32,000 bases of DNA from Acaryochloris marina MBIC11017 (lineage in GTDB: Bacteria; Cyanobacteriota; Cyanobacteriia; Thermosynechococcales; Thermosynechococcaceae): the NCBI RefSeq assembly GCF_000018105.1, contig NC_009927.1, forward strand, positions 60,001 to 92,000, in the 5' to 3' direction. The first letter of the stretch is position 1, and each line of letters opens with the position of its first letter. Made by a program: the position numbers and the translations under genes. The notes under the pieces are model-generated. The model did not search any database. It saw only the letters and a program-made list of their open reading frames with translations, and was not told the origin of the DNA. Below are positions 31,136-32,000 of this stretch, one piece after another.

Positions 31136-31702
31136 ATGACTCGCCCAAAATCGCCTCGTTCCTCAGTCCGAGATCGGATTCTTGATACGGCTTCTGAGCT
31201 GTTCTATCAAGAAGGTACGCAAAATGTAGGCATTGACCGCATTATTGCTGAGTCGGGTGTGGCTAAAATGTCGCTATATAACCACTTCAAGTCCAAAGAT
31301 GCTCTGATAGCGGCGTGGCTGCAGCAGAGAGATGAGAGCTGGCGGGCTTGGTTTCAAGAGAGAGTCGAGGCTCGTGCGGTGGAACCTTGCGATCGCATCC
31401 TTGCCATTTTTGATGTGCTGGCAGAGTGGTTCAAACAGCCCGATTTTCGAGGATGTGCTTTTATAAACTCCACTGTAGAGCTGGTTGACCCGGAGCATCC
31501 AGGGTATCAAGTGGCGATTGAGCACAAACGTGCGACCTCTGGCTATATTCTTGGATTAGTCACTATGGCCGAGCTAAAGAACCCAGAAGTGCTGACCCAG
31601 CAATTATTAATTTTGATCGAAGGGGCGATTGTGGTGTCTATGATGCAGGGGAACGCCGATGCTGCTCAGCAAGCAAAACAGGTAGCTGCTACCCTACTTT
31701 AA
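31136..31702 (+). CDS. TetR/AcrR family transcriptional regulator
   Basis: N-terminal HTH RILDTASELFYQEGTQNVGIDRIIAESGVAKMSLYNHFKSKDALI. Confidence 0.92.
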   Translation: MTRPKSPRSSVRDRILDTASELFYQEGTQNVGIDRIIAESGVAKMSLYNHFKSKDALIAAWLQQRDESWRAWFQERVEARAVEPCDRILAIFDVLAEWFKQPDFRGCAFINSTVELVDPEHPGYQVAIEHKRATSGYILGLVTMAELKNPEVLTQQLLILIEGAIVVSMMQGNADAAQQAKQVAATLL

Positions 31703-32000
31703 GTGTGCTGTCGGGATGTGTCGCAAATAGTGTTTCCGAGTACAAGGAGAGGATGGAATCGAGAGTGATTAAAACCAGGGGAGCATTGATATAACGTACT
31801 TAGAATGAATCTGTCAGAAGTGATTAGCCAAATCCCTGAAAATAGCGACTGATACCCCAAATTTTCCTGATCTTTCTTGTTAAGCAGACTGGAATATTTC
31901 TTCCAGTTCACTCACGCCTTTCATAAAGAACTGCCAATTGTATTCGAGTAATTTGGCCAGTAGAATTAGCGAAAGCTAGTGAGAAGCCTGGCGTTTAGAT

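Noticed and set aside
31699-31911. The 70-aa minus-strand ORF after the TetR gene
   Set aside because: It has no motif, overlaps the TetR stop, and has a composition unlike that of coding neighbours.

Overview
This is a cyanobacterial-type chromosomal segment. It has five perfect HIP1 octamers GCGATCGC (at 16969, 20504, 21613, 26085, 31389), pentapeptide-repeat proteins, a PEP-CTERM protein and an RTX-like protein. All calls rest on reading the ORF track and sequence by eye. No searches were run, and no tRNA, rRNA or CRISPR array was seen.

Layout:
- 1-8.5 kb: small hypothetical genes, a TolB-like beta-propeller, a pentapeptide-repeat protein, and an ORF-poor 1.7 kb stretch (3.8-5.5 kb) with long perfect hairpins and a four-copy repeat family. 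Also a duplicated small zinc-ribbon gene, a PEP-CTERM protein, and VOC and GNAT enzymes.
- 8.6-12.2 kb: a cytochrome P450 gene cleanly split by an IS5-family element. It is flanked by two paralogous proline-rich ORFs, and the left one is fused to a transposase tail.
- 12.3-19 kb: an ACT-domain protein, a His-rich COG0523 metallochaperone GTPase, a GlcG/HbpS (DUF336) protein, an RTX-like secreted protein and the formamidase AmiF.
- 19.5-27.2 kb, minus strand: a cobalamin riboswitch leads a tightly packed set of genes. These are a TonB-dependent receptor, a ChuX/HutX-like::[2Fe-2S] ferredoxin fusion, a periplasmic binding protein, a metallophosphoesterase and a FecCD permease, followed by ExbB-ExbD. 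There is no ABC ATPase.
- 27.2-31.7 kb: a decayed tyrosine-recombinase pseudogene, then a TetR-associated redox/detox cluster (PNPOx-like, GST, GrxC, and a TrxR-like flavoprotein with a degenerate NADPH site).

Main candidates for novelty:
- The riboswitch-led operon with two non-transport genes, a possible corrinoid processing or remodelling module.
- Four near-identical Fur-family (Zur/Fur-type) palindromic operators. They tie the COG0523 gene, the RTX-like gene, amiF and the riboswitch leader into one local metalloregulon.
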